From assembly GCA_965112155.1 (NCBI GenBank), contig OZ218101.1: a stretch of 64,000 nt of DNA; one strand, given 5' to 3'. The position numbers and the translations under genes are program-made. Position 1 is the first letter of the stretch, and each line of letters begins with the position of its first letter. Shown piece after piece: positions 33,965 to 46,136 of the stretch. A model generated the notes under the pieces. It was not told where the DNA came from. It was given only the letters and a program-made list of their open reading frames with translations, and made no database searches. The DNA is from Podarcis liolepis (lineage: Eukaryota).

Positions 33965-34228
33965 TGTTATGTACTGAAGTTCTCACCCTGGGCCAGCAGA
34001 GCGATACTGTAGATAGTTTTCACTCAGGTCCACATATGCAAATAAGGAATTGAAAGTGACGTTCAGTGATTGGATAGTTACAGAAAGTTGTTACTGTTGC
34101 ATTGTAGTGGAGCTCTATATAAGCAGGCTGGCTGAACCCTTCAGTTCAGTTCTGTTCTGACCTGTGAATAAACAAGAGCTGTCTGAAGAATCGTTGTATT
34201 GTCCGATATGTTCACCCACAACTTAACA
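33965..34228 (+). mobile_element. Solo LTR of an LTR retrotransposon, 264 bp
   Basis: TGTTA...TAACA termini; perfect 5-bp TSD TACTT at 33960-64 and 34229-33; TATATAA at 34116-22; AATAAA at 34167-72. Confidence 0.88.
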
Positions 34229-34943
34229 TACTTGACTGAGTTAGTGGCAGGAGCAGCGACTCTCTGACCTTTCTAGCCAGCTGCTGCATTGACTCCAGTG
34301 GCTCTTGGGGAAACCCAGTTTTTGAAAGACATTCCCTGAAGGCCTGTCCTGGATGCCAGTTCTGCTACTGGCCCAGCCAACAAATGTGATTTGCAGGAAA
34401 TACGGAAGGGGTGTTTGGGTACCAGGGTTAGGTGCAGTGGAAGGAAGTTTTTGGAATGGCTCGGCTTATTTCCAGTCTAAACTTGTTTCGTCCATATACG
34501 CGGTTCGTTGTCCACACAAAGAGCATGTTCAAATGTTTATCTTTAAGGTGACTTAAATCTCTTCCAGGTGTAATATAAAGAAGCAAATCAGATTGAGGCA
34601 GGAGAACTAGAAGGAGGATTGGGGTGGGGGAAGAGAGAGACATGATTTTGGCTCCTCCTGCTCAGGGCCCTAAATTACATTTTGGCGCATTTCTCATATT
34701 CTTTAATTTGTTCTCCTTCCGGTGCCCTCGGTTGGGAATTTTAAGTGTTTGTCATTTTGTTTCAAAGCCAGGCTTCTTTTCCCTTTGAACTTACATAACC
34801 ACTGCCTGCTCAGGTGGACTTGGCTTCACTCCCATTTGATAATCTTCCAGGTCTGGCCAAAGGAAAGGAGAAATGTGTGAGTGTGTTCACAGAGAGGAAA
34901 GAGCTGAGGCAGAGAAAAGAAAATGGGCTACATAAAAAGCCTT

Positions 34944-34986
<43 letters not shown>
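34944..34986. repeat. (TC)n(TA)n compound microsatellite
   Basis: Direct reading. Confidence 0.95.
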
Positions 34987-34987
<1 letters not shown>

Positions 34988-35210
34988 TTCTACTACCTTG
35001 GCAAAGTAAGATAAAAATAAAATTGAAGCTATGTGCTGTGCTCCAGGGTCTTTCCTGGGCATGAGATGTACCGGTAACTTGATGATGTTTTTTATATACG
35101 TATATACAGAGAGTGCCCTGAAAGGATAACGGGAGCAGTGTTTCACAACAGGGTCTTATTTATTTCCTTAACCACAAAATTTATGTACTGCTTGATTGTA
35201 AATGGGAATT

Positions 35211-36056
35211 GTTGTTGTTGTTGTTGTTTAGTTGTTTAGTCGTGTCCGACTCTTTGTGACCCCATGGACCAGAGCACGCCAGGCACTCCTGTCTTCCACT
35301 GCCTCCCGCAGTTTGGTCAAACTCATGCTGGTAGCTTCAAGAACACTGTCCAACCATCTCGTTCTCTGTCGTCCCCTTCTCCTTGTGCCCTCCATATTTC
35401 CCAACATCAGGGTCTTTTCCAGGGAGTCTTCTCTTCTCATGAGGTGGCCAAAGTATTGGAGTCTCAGCTTCAGGATCTGTCCTTCCAGTGAGCACTCAGG
35501 GCTGATTTCCTTAAGAATTGATAGGTTTGATCTTCTTGCAGTCCATGGGACTCTCAGGAGTCTCCTCCAGCACTATAATTCAAAAGCATCAATTCTTCGG
35601 CGATCAGCCTTCTTTATGGTCCAGCTCTCACTTCCATACATCACTACTGGGAAAACCATAGCTTTAACTATATAGACCTTTGTTGGCAAGGTGATGTCTC
35701 TGCTTTTTAGAATGCTGTCTAGGTTTGTCATTGCTTTTCTCCCAAGCAGCAGGCGTCTTTTAATTTCGTGACTGCTGTCACCATCTGCGGTGATCATGGA
35801 GCCCAAGAAAGTAAAATCTCTCACTGCCTCCATTTCTTCTTCTTCTATTTGCCAGGAGGTGATGGGACCAGTGGCCATGATCTTCGTTTTTTTGACGTTG
35901 AGCTTCAAACCATATTTTGCGCTCTCCTCTTTCACCCTCATTAAAAGGTTCTTTAATTCCTCCTCACTTTCTGCCATCAAGGTTGTGTCATCTGCATATC
36001 TGAGGTTGTTGATATTTCTTCCGGCAATCTTAATTCCGGCTAGGGATTCATCCAGC
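35211..36056 (-). mobile_element. BovB (RTE clade) LINE, 5'-truncated, 846 bp
   Basis: RT motif LRYADDTTL and BovB C-terminus (KAMVFPVVMYGSESWTIKK, LEKTLMLG..EG.RRRGRQR.RWLD); (CAA)n tail; 9-bp TSD ATGGGAATT at 35202-10 and 36057-65. Confidence 0.96.
35228..36055 (-). pseudogene. BovB ORF C-terminal reverse transcriptase fragment with one premature stop
   Basis: ORFs 35573-36058 and 35228-35440 are in the same frame. They are joined by a stop-free segment CWRRLLRVPWTARRSNLSILKEISPECSLEGQILKLRLQYFGHL after a single TAG at 35573-75 (expected TGG). Confidence 0.9.
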
Positions 36057-36317
36057 ATGGGAATTACTTATAAGTAAACATGTATAGATTTGCAGTGTTA
36101 GGTCAAAATTCTTGGCACACTTACTAGTGAGTAAGCCTATATAAAGTACTATGGGAATTACTGCCAAGTAAGCCTGAAGATAGATAGATAGACAAACAGA
36201 CCATTATATTAGGCCATTATAAGTTTCAGTGCAATCCTGTGTGGATCTAGTCAGACCTAAGTCCCACAGAGTTCAAAGGAACTTATTCCCAGATTAGTGT
36301 GTATGGGATGGAAGCCT
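36057..36317. mobile_element. Cluster of about three decayed palindromic Harbinger-like MITEs
   Basis: Partial copies at 36057-36098 (interrupted by BovB) and 36102-36175, and a fuller copy at 36227-36317 (CAGTGCAATCCTG...GTATGGGATGGAAGCC). Confidence 0.5.
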
Positions 36318-36988
36318 TAAAATGTTGAAGTGAGAAATCCTTTTCTTGACAGCAAATTAGAATTAAGGAACAGCTGCCAGAACGAAATGATGGAGGGGAA
36401 GTCCAGTTTACTCCATTATGAATTTTGCTCTCACCCTATCATTGTTTTTATACATCAAGCTACTTCAGACCTGCAATATTATCACGGTGCTTTAATGTTT
36501 AATTCACTTTGATTTGGTCCACAGAAACAGCAAGTGTTTCTTCAGGCAAATCCAAGGCATCTAAGAAGCCCTGCTGAGAATATAACTCTCTAGAAAGAAC
36601 CGCAGAGAAAACAGGAGGAGGAGAATTTATTGGGTTTTTTTATTTCAGTCGTGAAATTGAAAACTTCTTAAAAATTATTTTTGGGGAAAGAAGGTAGAGT
36701 CTCCCCACCTACCATAAAATAACTCCTTCATCTGCTGCACATGTGACCTCTCTTGGGAGAACTGGTAAAATAGGCAGGTGTGTAATTTTGGGAGAGGAGA
36801 AAGAAACCCTTCAGTGTCTAGAAAGTGCAGTGGAAAATGAAGACTTAGGTGTGAAAGTGTCTGTGCTGGTAGCAGCTCATTAACAAACTTAACATGAGGA
36901 TTATTCTCACAAAGAGCTGCAATTCTAGGTGGCAAGTCCCTGTGAAATCAGTGGGACTGGCTTTTGGGTAAACATCACCTGTTTACAC

Positions 36989-37125
36989 CAGGTGATGGGG
37001 AACCTGTGGCCCTCCAGGTGGTGTTGGACTTTTAACTCCCATTGTCCTCAGCCAACATGGCCGATAAGGATGAAGGGAGTTGTAGTCTAGCAACATGTGG
37101 GAAGGCTACATGTTCTCCACCTCCA
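36989..37125. mobile_element. Palindromic hAT-type MITE (URR1-like)
   Basis: CAGGTGATGGGGAACCTGTGGCCCTCCAG...AACTCCC...GGGAGTTGTAGTC..CAACATGTGG. Confidence 0.75.
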
Positions 37126-37194
37126 CTTTGACATTATGGCCGAAATGGAGAGGGTGTGTCCAGGAGTTATTTAAAATAGGAAAGTTCACATGCT

Positions 37195-37335
37195 ACATAC
37201 TTTTTTTCAGGGGGAACTCACAGGAACTCAGTCCCGGCACCTCGCAGGTGGGTGCCATTGCCATTCTAAGAGAACGAGGAAGGTGTTCATCACCTTCTTT
37301 TTCATCATCATTCTTCTTCTAGAAAAATAGCACTG
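37195..37335. mobile_element. hAT-Tip100-like MITE remnant
   Basis: CTTTTTTTCAGGGGAACTC..CCGGCACCTC left subterminus and right TIR AAAAATAGCACTG. Confidence 0.55.
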
Positions 37336-37344
37336 ATCAGAGGC

Positions 37345-37516
37345 TTCTAGTCATGATGGCTGTATAGTTCCCTCTAGGATCTGATGTGGCCTGGATCTGA
37401 ATATCAGTTGCTGCGCAACAGATCCGCTCATATCATGCTATCTATCTTCATCTGGGCATCTGCTTGGCCACTGTGATAACAGGATGCTGGACTTGATAGG
37501 CACCATTCTTTTTATG
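37345..37516 (+). mobile_element. CR1 LINE 3' UTR fragment
   Basis: GCATCTGCTTGGCCACTGTG..AACAGGATGCTGGACTTGATAG...TTCTTTTTATG resembles the squamate CR1 3' end. Confidence 0.6.
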
Positions 37517-38149
37517 AACCTACCTGAGCCTTATGATTGGCATCAATGACACTGGTTATTTGATAGGCACCAAAAACGCAACCTTTTTGAGGGTGGTACC
37601 CTGAAGTGGTCCAATAAGCTCTTCCTCATTTTCGGTTTAGACCGTTGTTGTTTTTATTTCAGAAGGCATTTTTATCATTGATTTCTGCTGGATGTTTTTT
37701 TAAAAAATGTTGATTCTTGTTTTATTGTATGTTTTTATATTTTTAGGATGTGGTTTATTTGAAGCGTGTATTTTTATTTTTCTATTGTGGTTTCATTTTG
37801 TAAACCACTTTGAAAAATCTGGCACTGTATAGGACAGAAAAGGGGAGCAGGTTCATTTAATTTTCTCCATGCCATTATAGGATACCCCCAGTCTGGTGTG
37901 GGTGTGAGTGGGTGTTCTGTGAAACATCATTGATGCAAGAATAGAGCATTCGTGGTGGATTTATACTGGGCTGTCCATGCATCATTTCCTTTTATTAGTT
38001 GTTCTGTGATGAGTCTCCATTGTTCAGCCAGCCGCTTGAAGCCGTTTCCTGGGGCCACTGTTGTATGCTGGCAGCTTCTAGGTGCCACACATGAGAGCTG
38101 AGTGCAGGGTGGGATCCAACAGTGGACAAACTATTATTTATTTATTTAT

Positions 38150-38335
38150 TTATTTATTTAAATTTGTATACCACCCTATACCCACAGGTTTCAGGGCGGT
38201 TCACAGGATAAAGTTACAATATAAAAACACAGAATACATAATCAGAATAAAAACAGAAAGAATCAAACAACCCTCCCACCAAAAAAAACTCCACACACTT
38301 TTAAAAAGGAGACTGAACATACAAACCAGTTAAAA
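38150..38335 (-). mobile_element. L2-type 3' tail
   Basis: (TTTA)n followed by AATTTGTATACCACCCT...CAGGGCGGTTCACA and an A-rich segment. Confidence 0.55.
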
Positions 38336-38616
38336 ACAAATGATTTTTTAAAAGAAAATAAAAAATAGAAAAACAGTTTAAAAGAATGTAAACTACCCCA
38401 GAAGGGAGCATGTTTTGTTCTCTACCAAAAGTACTACCCCTTCCCTAAACCCCCCACCCCTTTCAGATAGTAAGCAATTGTAAAAACAGGAGTCGGAAGG
38501 TAAAAATAAGTGGGCAGTTTTTCCTAATGGGAGAAGTGGGGGGGGGGAGTGAAGATTTATCTGTATTTTTCATAATTCTGTTAACTTAATGATTGGACTA
38601 GGCAGCGCACCACAAA

Positions 38617-38712
38617 ACAGCCAAGTCTACAAATGGCATGAAATCATTTAGGATGGTGAAATCCCAGGCACTTTGTGAAGAGTTCCAACGGATCTCTCCA
38701 GACTGGGAGACA
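38617..38712 (+). mobile_element. CR1 ORF2 (RT) fragment, decayed
   Basis: Translates TAKSTNGMKSFRMVKSQALCEEFQR, similar to the CR1 motif VAKFADDTKLFRMVK..ADCEELQ. Confidence 0.55.
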
Positions 38713-38753
38713 AGGAGGATTCTGTGTCAGCAGTGTGATTCATTTTGAGTCCT

Positions 38754-38781
38754 AACAACAACAACAACAACAACAACAACA
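38754..38781. repeat. (AAC)n microsatellite
   Basis: Direct reading. Confidence 0.95.
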
Positions 38782-39554
38782 TTTTGTGTATGCACTTGAA
38801 GTAGTTTAAATTGACTGTGGGACATATTATGTGTTATGATGATCATACATTTCAAAAAGTATGCTTAAGCTAGCCACTTTTACTTAGAAGGGAAAGTGAT
38901 TCAAATTGGGAGCCCATGCCAATTGCCGGCTGGCTGCTCATTGTTTCTGAAGGTACCATTAGCATTAACCAGCTCTGCTGGGGGCTGTTTGGGCAAAAAA
39001 GTGTTGTGGGTCCTGATTCAGATTGACAGCACATTCTGGATTGGGGTCCCACATAGTTGCTTCTCTTTCAAAATGTAAGTAGATAGCTCAAGCACAATCC
39101 CCCCCCCCAAGAATAATGTTATGTGTAGTTTGTAACATCTGACCACTCTGGAAAGAGACCTAGTAGTTTGTGGTTGAAAGGCTATTGGAGGTGTCCTCCT
39201 TGGCAATGGGAGTAATGGGGTATAACGCAATGTGACTGCTCGGAATGCTTTTGACAAAATTCTAGTCTCATTGGAGCCATGGCTACCTTTGTTGCCCTAC
39301 TTGCAACCAATATTTCACCCCTTTTGGGGTAGCATTCCATTATTAAGGATACATGGTAGGACATTTAGAACATAACGAAATTGACTGCTAAAGTAGTTGA
39401 TTTATGAAGGGAAATTACTGAGTGCTTATTAGCTAGGTGCTTTATTATCAACAATAAGGCTCTGCAATTACTGCTGTTTCTTTTATTAAAAATCATGATG
39501 GGCCTGTTTTATTTATGGAACATCAAGAATGTGTTAGATTCCTGTGAAATAAAG

Positions 39555-39710
39555 CTTCACAGCAGGCCGACAAGGGAGGCAATTATTTTTGCATGTCTCT
39601 TGCAGATGAGTAAACAGCGCAAGTGACTTCTCCGTGGTGACACAATAAGTTGTAGGCAGAATGGCGATTTGTATGTAGGACTATTAACTCCTTGACCTGT
39701 GCTCTAAATT
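39555..39710 (-). mobile_element. Ancient MIR/CORE-SINE remnant
   Basis: TTGCAGATGAGTAAAC...AAGTGACTTCTCCGTGGTGACACA...GGCAGAATGGCGATTTG...TGTGCTCTAA aligns by eye to the MIR core ACAGATGAGGAAAC...AAGTGACTTGCCCAAGGTCACACAG...GGCAGAGCTGGGATTTG. Confidence 0.6.
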
Positions 39711-40844
39711 GTATGACAACAATACCATTTGCCTGAACAAAGGTCTGTTGAAATCCATGAACATTTCTCTCTGATTGAGGACGTCAATACTTGTCAACCG
39801 GGTCACCAGTAACAAGTCGGTCATTTATTTAGCCCATACAAGATGTGCATTGTCGACTCCAGATGAAATCAAGAAAATGCAGAAAGCTCTTTTCCTCTTG
39901 AGATCTCTTGGTATTGTTTCCTTTCTGTGCTGTGGCTATCCCATCCACACCATAGTATTTGGCATTGTATTGTCCAGGTCTATTAATAATGGACTGCTGT
40001 TCTATAGGTGGAACAGTTTTCTCATTGAATTCCAAGAGGGGAGGGGGAATAGCTGTATTTTGGAGCAGGAGCAAAATGATGGAATGATGTGGCACCTCAA
40101 AGACTAAGTGAGTCCCTCTGGAATGTGCTTTCGCAAGCAGTGGCATCTGCTTGCAAGTGAACAGTGGAAAAATGAGAAGGAATGATGAATTTACTTTGCC
40201 GAAATGCTTTCAGAAGTCTGGGCACTGCTCTGAACCTGCTCAAAGAGGAAATGTTTTAGCTCGGGATGACTCACTGCCAACTCCATAGAGATGCAAACGC
40301 CAGTATTCTTCCATCTTTTTGAGGATGTGATCAAACACAGTGGTTTCGCAACCAATGTCCAGTCAATCCTGTGACTGTCAGTTGAGAGGATCAAAGTATG
40401 ATCTATGACCAGGCATGATGGAATTTGTAGTCCAACCAGGACCTAAACCTAAATTTCCAAAACTGTTATTCTGACATGTGAGAGGTGCTGAGATTGCAGT
40501 CATGGAAAGGAAGTAAGAGGCAACAGAGTACAGCTAATTCCATTCAAATATTGCAGTGGTTCAGTCACATAATTCTATGCGTATCTTTGTGGCTTATTTT
40601 AAAAATTAATTTGCTTATGGGGCTTGAAATTAGAAGTGTGGTAAGCATATAGTAAACTACCAGAAGACCTTAATTTCACATCTGGTGGAAAGTTGCATAG
40701 TATAGAAGATGATTACTTTGACTCTGGGCCACCAAATTCAACACACAGCTAGCTGCTCTCAAGAATATACCAGGTAGCAGTCACCACCCTGCCTGTGCTC
40801 AAATTTTACTTTTCCCACCCATGATGACTTTTTTAAAAAATACA

Positions 40845-40968
40845 TTTTTATTAAAAAAATGTCATCCTTCCTCTAAAGAAGGAACAACCATGCATGGGAG
40901 GTTAAGATGAGAGAGGTTGTCCCAAGACCACCTAATGAGCTTTATAGCTGAATAGGGACTTTACCAGG
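40845..40968 (-). mobile_element. Decayed MIR/Squam3-type SINE
   Basis: ACAACCATG..GGAGGTTAAGATGAGAGA...CCCAAGACCACCTAATGAGCTTTATAGCTGA is the reverse complement of the Squam3 body. Confidence 0.5.
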
Positions 40969-40972
40969 GGCA

Positions 40973-41201
40973 AGAGCCACTGTGGTGTAGTGGTTAGAGT
41001 GTTGGGCTTGGTCCTGGGAGTCCAGGATTCAAATCCCCACTTGGCCATGAAGCTCACTGGGTGACCTTGGACCAGTCGCTGCCTCTTAGCCTAACCTACC
41101 TTCATAGGGTTGCTGTGGCAATTAAAGGAGTGGGGAGACCCATGTATGCCACATTGAGCCCGTTAGAGAAAAAATATGGGATATAAATGAATGAATGAAT
41201 G
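40973..41201 (+). mobile_element. Squam3A-like (MIR/Ther1-derived) SINE
   Basis: GAGCCACTGTGGTGTAGTGGTTAGAGTGTTGG, GATTCAAATCCCCAC, CTGGGTGACCTTGG, CCTAACCTACC, L2-type tail GGGATATAAAT(GAAT)n. Confidence 0.85.
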
Positions 41202-43297
41202 CACCCTTGCCTCCCTGGTCCTCATCTGGCACTCTTGGTTTGGTATTGTGGCAGAGTTGCTAGACATTTCAGGAGAATATCAGTCCCACTTCTCTTGATT
41301 TTTAAAATTCAACGTAATCTCTGGTTCTGTGGGGTAGTAAAATGCATCACATTTGCTTTCACAGTAGCTACTGAAGTCATGGAGGGGGAATATGACCTCT
41401 TAATAAATTTTTGAAGTCTGATCCTCCAAGTTCTTTGTTGAAGCAAGCTTTGTAGACATGAATGGAACGTGTGCCAGAAAAGCCATGTGAGGTTACGCAT
41501 CCTGGCTCCCCCTCCCCCCGCTCCCACACATTTCATGTTTTCAAAGAATTCAAGGGAGGGGGGGGGAGGGCAGCCAACACTCAACACTTCCTGCTACATG
41601 TGGCACCAGCTCAGAAAATTATAGCAGTACGGATGGAATGTGCAAGATAAGGATTCACGGAATTACTATAATTCACTTATCAACCTGATTTTTCAACAAG
41701 CTGTGCGTGCAATTAGCATGATTATACATATAGATTGAATAACTGTATGTGCAAATAGGAAACTCTGCTAATTTGCAAGCACAATTAGCCAGTTTGGGTG
41801 TGCAATCACAGTAATTGTGGGGGCCTAAATAGTTTTGTTTGTGTTTTTTTAAAAAAACAAAAAGCCCCCCAAATTTGTCTTAAGTTTATAATGGTTCGTG
41901 CCCTCAGAGAGACATCACTAATTAAATATGAAAAGCAGCACCAAGCAAGCAAGCAAGCAAGCAAGCAAGGAAGGAAGAGAAGTTCACTGGCAAAACATAT
42001 CCTTGCACGCAGAAAGCCCCAACTTCAAGCCTCAACAGCCTCAGTTAAAATGCACGCAGCAGCTGCGAAGGACAAATGCCTCTGACTGTGAGAAGCTACT
42101 ACTAGTTGGAGTGGCAGGGTTGGTCAGCGTCCCCTCAACTCCAGCCAGCATGGCCAATGCTCAGAAATGACAGCAGCTGTGGTCCAACATGGAGGGCACC
42201 ATGTTGTGTATTGTGCACTAGGGGCCCACATGTGCCACCAGTCTGGCTTGGTATACCTGCCCTAACATTGGTTTATCTCTCACACACATGTCATGCGAGT
42301 CCTCTCATTTTTCCATTGAGCGTACTATAGTTTAACATCACCCTTCCCCGTCCTTTGGTCTAAATCGCTTCTGCAAAAAAGAGATCCCAGTATTGCTTCC
42401 CAATGTCTCTGCTCTCCCCAAAGCTGTATCCGTTTCCAGTGGCTTCCAGCACTTTTGATGAATGGTGTGTTGGCCAGACTTGTTTTCTTCAAGTGGGTGT
42501 ATTGAAACTTGACTCTCTAATAGTGTTGGTGGTCTGTCAGTTCTTTATCTGAGTGGAACACAAACCAGCTGTTTGTTGCAATTAGTGGCCATCTATTCTA
42601 AAACATCCAGCTTTGGTTTCTGTCTAAGAAGCCTCTCCTTTTCACAGCGTCGTTTTCCTTTTCCTCTTTAATTAGCTATCCTTTCGTTCTGCAGCTTGTC
42701 ATTTAGCCAGTTTTTGGTGGGAGACAGGGAGGGAAGATTTATAATCGACCAGGCAGGTTTGTCAGGTATTTGGTATGTTTTATATAATGAATGTGGGTTA
42801 TGGAATTTACCCTTTTATTGTGCTTTTAATACTTTGTTGGAAGCCGCCCAGTCAGATGGGTGGCATATAAATAACAATAAATTATTCTTATTACCTAAGA
42901 ATGTGTAAGGTGTTATGGTTTTTTATTTACTCATATTTATATCTTTCTCTTGCATGACATTTACCATGCACAAATATTTATCGGGGTACACCATGACAGG
43001 ATGCAATAACCTGCTTGTCTTTGGCCTAGGATCTGATAATCAGAGACGTTTCAAGGAACTGGTATGTGTCTGTCTATATCATGTTAAATTGGAAGGGGGA
43101 CTCTTATTCAGCCCAAGGGTATAATGTCACATTTCAAGGACAGTTTTCAGCTTAGCAAAAGCACTGGAGATGAGCTTGAAGTAAGGCTGGTGAGGAATGT
43201 GTCTGGGTAGAACCTGAAAGTCTGGATAAAGAGGCAGTATCCCCCCCACCCTGATACTTGAGGTTGCCCATCCCTACATTTAATATTTAGTAGGACA

Positions 43298-43402
43298 TAA
43301 GGATGGGAAGCCTGTAACCCTCCAGATGTTGGTGGACTACAACTTCCATCATCCCCTTGACCATTGGCCATGTGGGATGGAGCAGATGGGGAACTGGAGT
43401 CT
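43298..43402. mobile_element. Palindromic hAT-type MITE, truncated
   Basis: GGATGGGAAGCCTGT..CCTCCAGATGTTGGTGGACTACAACTTCCATCATCCC..GACCATTGGCCATG. Confidence 0.7.
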
Positions 43403-43694
43403 ATCTTCATGTCAGCTGCATTTCTGTGGTTTGATCCTGTGACAACCACATATGAATGATGTTGCTGTGTGGACAGGGCAGATTGTATGGTGTTTTTCCT
43501 GCATAATTGGCAACCTCCCTCTTGGTGGGATACCAATTACACATGAACAGCCCATGCAATCTGCTTGACTCTCATAATTGTATCATAAACACAGTCAGTA
43601 GCAAGACATACAAGATTGCATCTCTCCAAAGCAATGGCAACTTGGCTGCAAGTAAAGGGACCTGATCCCGTTCGTTTCAACAGAGCTAATTGAG

Positions 43695-43900
43695 CAGTTG
43701 TAACATAGTGGCTAAAGAGCTTGAGCTGCAAGCTGGAATTTCAAACCTCACTTCAGCCATGCAAGCTGCTATGTTTTAGCCTTGATCTCCCACCCCATAT
43801 GAAACATGGAGATAATACTATGAACCACCTCAAAAGAATTGCTGCAATAATGTATATGAAGCACTTACAGATCTGTATAGTTGTTAATTAGTATTCATTC
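43695..43900 (+). mobile_element. MIR-like SINE, decayed
   Basis: CATAGTGGCTAAAGAGC...TTCAAACCTCACTTCAGCCATG...ATGGAGATAATA...TGTATATGAAGCACTT. Confidence 0.55.
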
Positions 43901-44525
43901 ATTTAAACCATACACACTTAGCTTTTTTTTGTAAATAAATATCTTTAAAGTGGATTGCAGTTTATGCTCCATAGGTTATTGTGCTGTAGCATAGCAATAT
44001 ATTAGCAAGACTATGAGGCAACAGTGATATAAATCCAATAGTTTTGTCTTTGTGCTGTTGTTTTTATTAAAACACCCATATTCTTGCTTTGTGCCATGAC
44101 AAATGCTTCTGTGTATGTATAATCACAAGGTGTTTTCACAACCTCATTTGAAGGGCTACAAAGAGAGAGAGAGAGCCATTTCCTGATGTTGAATAGGTCA
44201 CATTTTCTCAGAGGAAAAAAAGGGGCCTCATGGCTGCCTCGTTGGCAAACCCTTCTGAGACATCCTTCTCTTGGACAGCTGGTTCTTTTCACCTTGCAAT
44301 TATAAACATTTTGATAATAGGTTTCCAGTTCCCATTTTAAATAATTATCCATGCTTGTTGAAGCAGAGGCCTCAAATAGGAAGATCGTAACTTTTGATCC
44401 ACAGCCTACTGAAAGAGCCACACTGGGGTAGGTGGGTGGGATGAAGTAGCAATGCTACTCTAGAGCAAGACAAATAAAATATTTATTTTATCTCTCAGGT
44501 TAAGGGAATAAAAACCATTGTGTTA

Positions 44526-44529
<4 letters not shown>

Positions 44530-44561
<32 letters not shown>
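44530..44561. repeat. (CA)n microsatellite
   Basis: Direct reading. Confidence 0.95.
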
Positions 44562-44564
<3 letters not shown>

Positions 44565-46136
44565 GAAAAACCTGACCATCAAAAAACAGAGCTCCTAATT
44601 TCACATTTTGCTAGGTTAAAACCTTTGCCTATTAAGGAAGAAGATAAAACTATTTTTTTTGTTGGGCATTTTATTTGATAATATGGAATTTATATGTTGA
44701 TATGGGTCTCAAAATGTTTCAGGGAAATGTAACCTGCTTAATTTTTGCCAGTCCTATGAAATAGAACAGGAGCCCTGCAAGGAACAGATAGGCAGCCATA
44801 GCTGCCATAGGATTGCAAGATTAAATCTTGCTTACATGGGCAGAGCTTCACTTGCATTCTTCAGTCAAGCTAACAAAGATGAGCTGTAGACTGAGTGCTC
44901 TTGTTTACTGTCTCTTGAATAAGATTTTAGGACGGATGGATGGAGGAAGAACACATGTAAAGTACTGCAGTTTAGTTAGTGAGGTCTGTCATGTGATCTC
45001 AGAAAGGCTGGAGAACCATTATTTGTGGTGCAGAGGATTCATTTGTAGAACTCTTAAATAGCAGGGCTGGAAGATACTGTACCCGAGAGCTAGTGAGTGT
45101 ACAAATGAATGTAATGAGGGAGACATGCTGGGATCGTCCCAGTTACAGTGTGCAGCACACTCATGCCACACATGGTGGAAGGAAGGAAGGCGGACCAATG
45201 TCAAAGATGTCTCTAGGTTATGGACTCAGTTTAGTACAAAACATGCCTCCACCTTAAGCTAGGAAGCTATGTCATGGGATACAGTGGCATTTATCTAAGT
45301 ATGCAGTCATTCAGTAGCAATATGGGGATTAATATGTTGACCCTAACTATCTCTGTGGTGGCCAGCATTCCACTGCAATAACAATGATAAACTTTCAGAG
45401 CAACCCAGCTGTGTGTGTGTGTAGAAGCCATGGTGAAGCAACAGCCACTGTCTCTAGAGTCTTGCTGGCCATCTGTGGCCGGGGTGGGGCATGGGATGGC
45501 AGCTCCAGACTGGTGTAGTTTCCAGGCCTCTTTGGTGGGGGAGGGGGACATGGCAGGAGAATGTGGGGACTTGGGATCCATTGGATTCACAGCTGTCCCA
45601 GACATGCCCCAACACCCCATTTTGATCTGCTTCTGGCAGGATATCTACACACTTGGACCATTCCAGCGTGCATCCAGTGGTGTAAGTGCTGCTTTATATG
45701 GTTTAGTTGGCTGAATGCCAACCGCAGGGTTACAGCTTTAATGCAACTTGAAGAAATGGTGCCTGAACTTTCTTGTTTTCCTTTTCACACCCCATCCTTT
45801 TCTCTCTCCAGACATGCCTACTGTGTTGTTAAGCCTGGAGGCAGGGCCTGTGTTTCTATTTAATCTTTGGTGGACAGATGTACTTTATTCCCTTTTATCT
45901 TGAGTGACTGACAATGAGTTCTGTAGGGAATTGAGGCACGGCAAAACCTTTCAAAATATGCTCTGAACAAAGGTAAAGGTGCGATGGGAAAAAACGGCAC
46001 ACCCATCACTGGACATGGTGATGCAATTGCATCACCTTCACCTCTGTCTGTCACCCCCTTCCCCAAATGTTTCCAGTCCGAGTCTGAAGTGGAAGTTAAC
46101 ATATGAACCTTATCAGAGTGGGATAAATAGTACATT

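Noticed and set aside
35232-36077. Plus-strand ORFs of 147, 75 and 95 aa
   Set aside because: Antisense shadows of the BovB reading frame.
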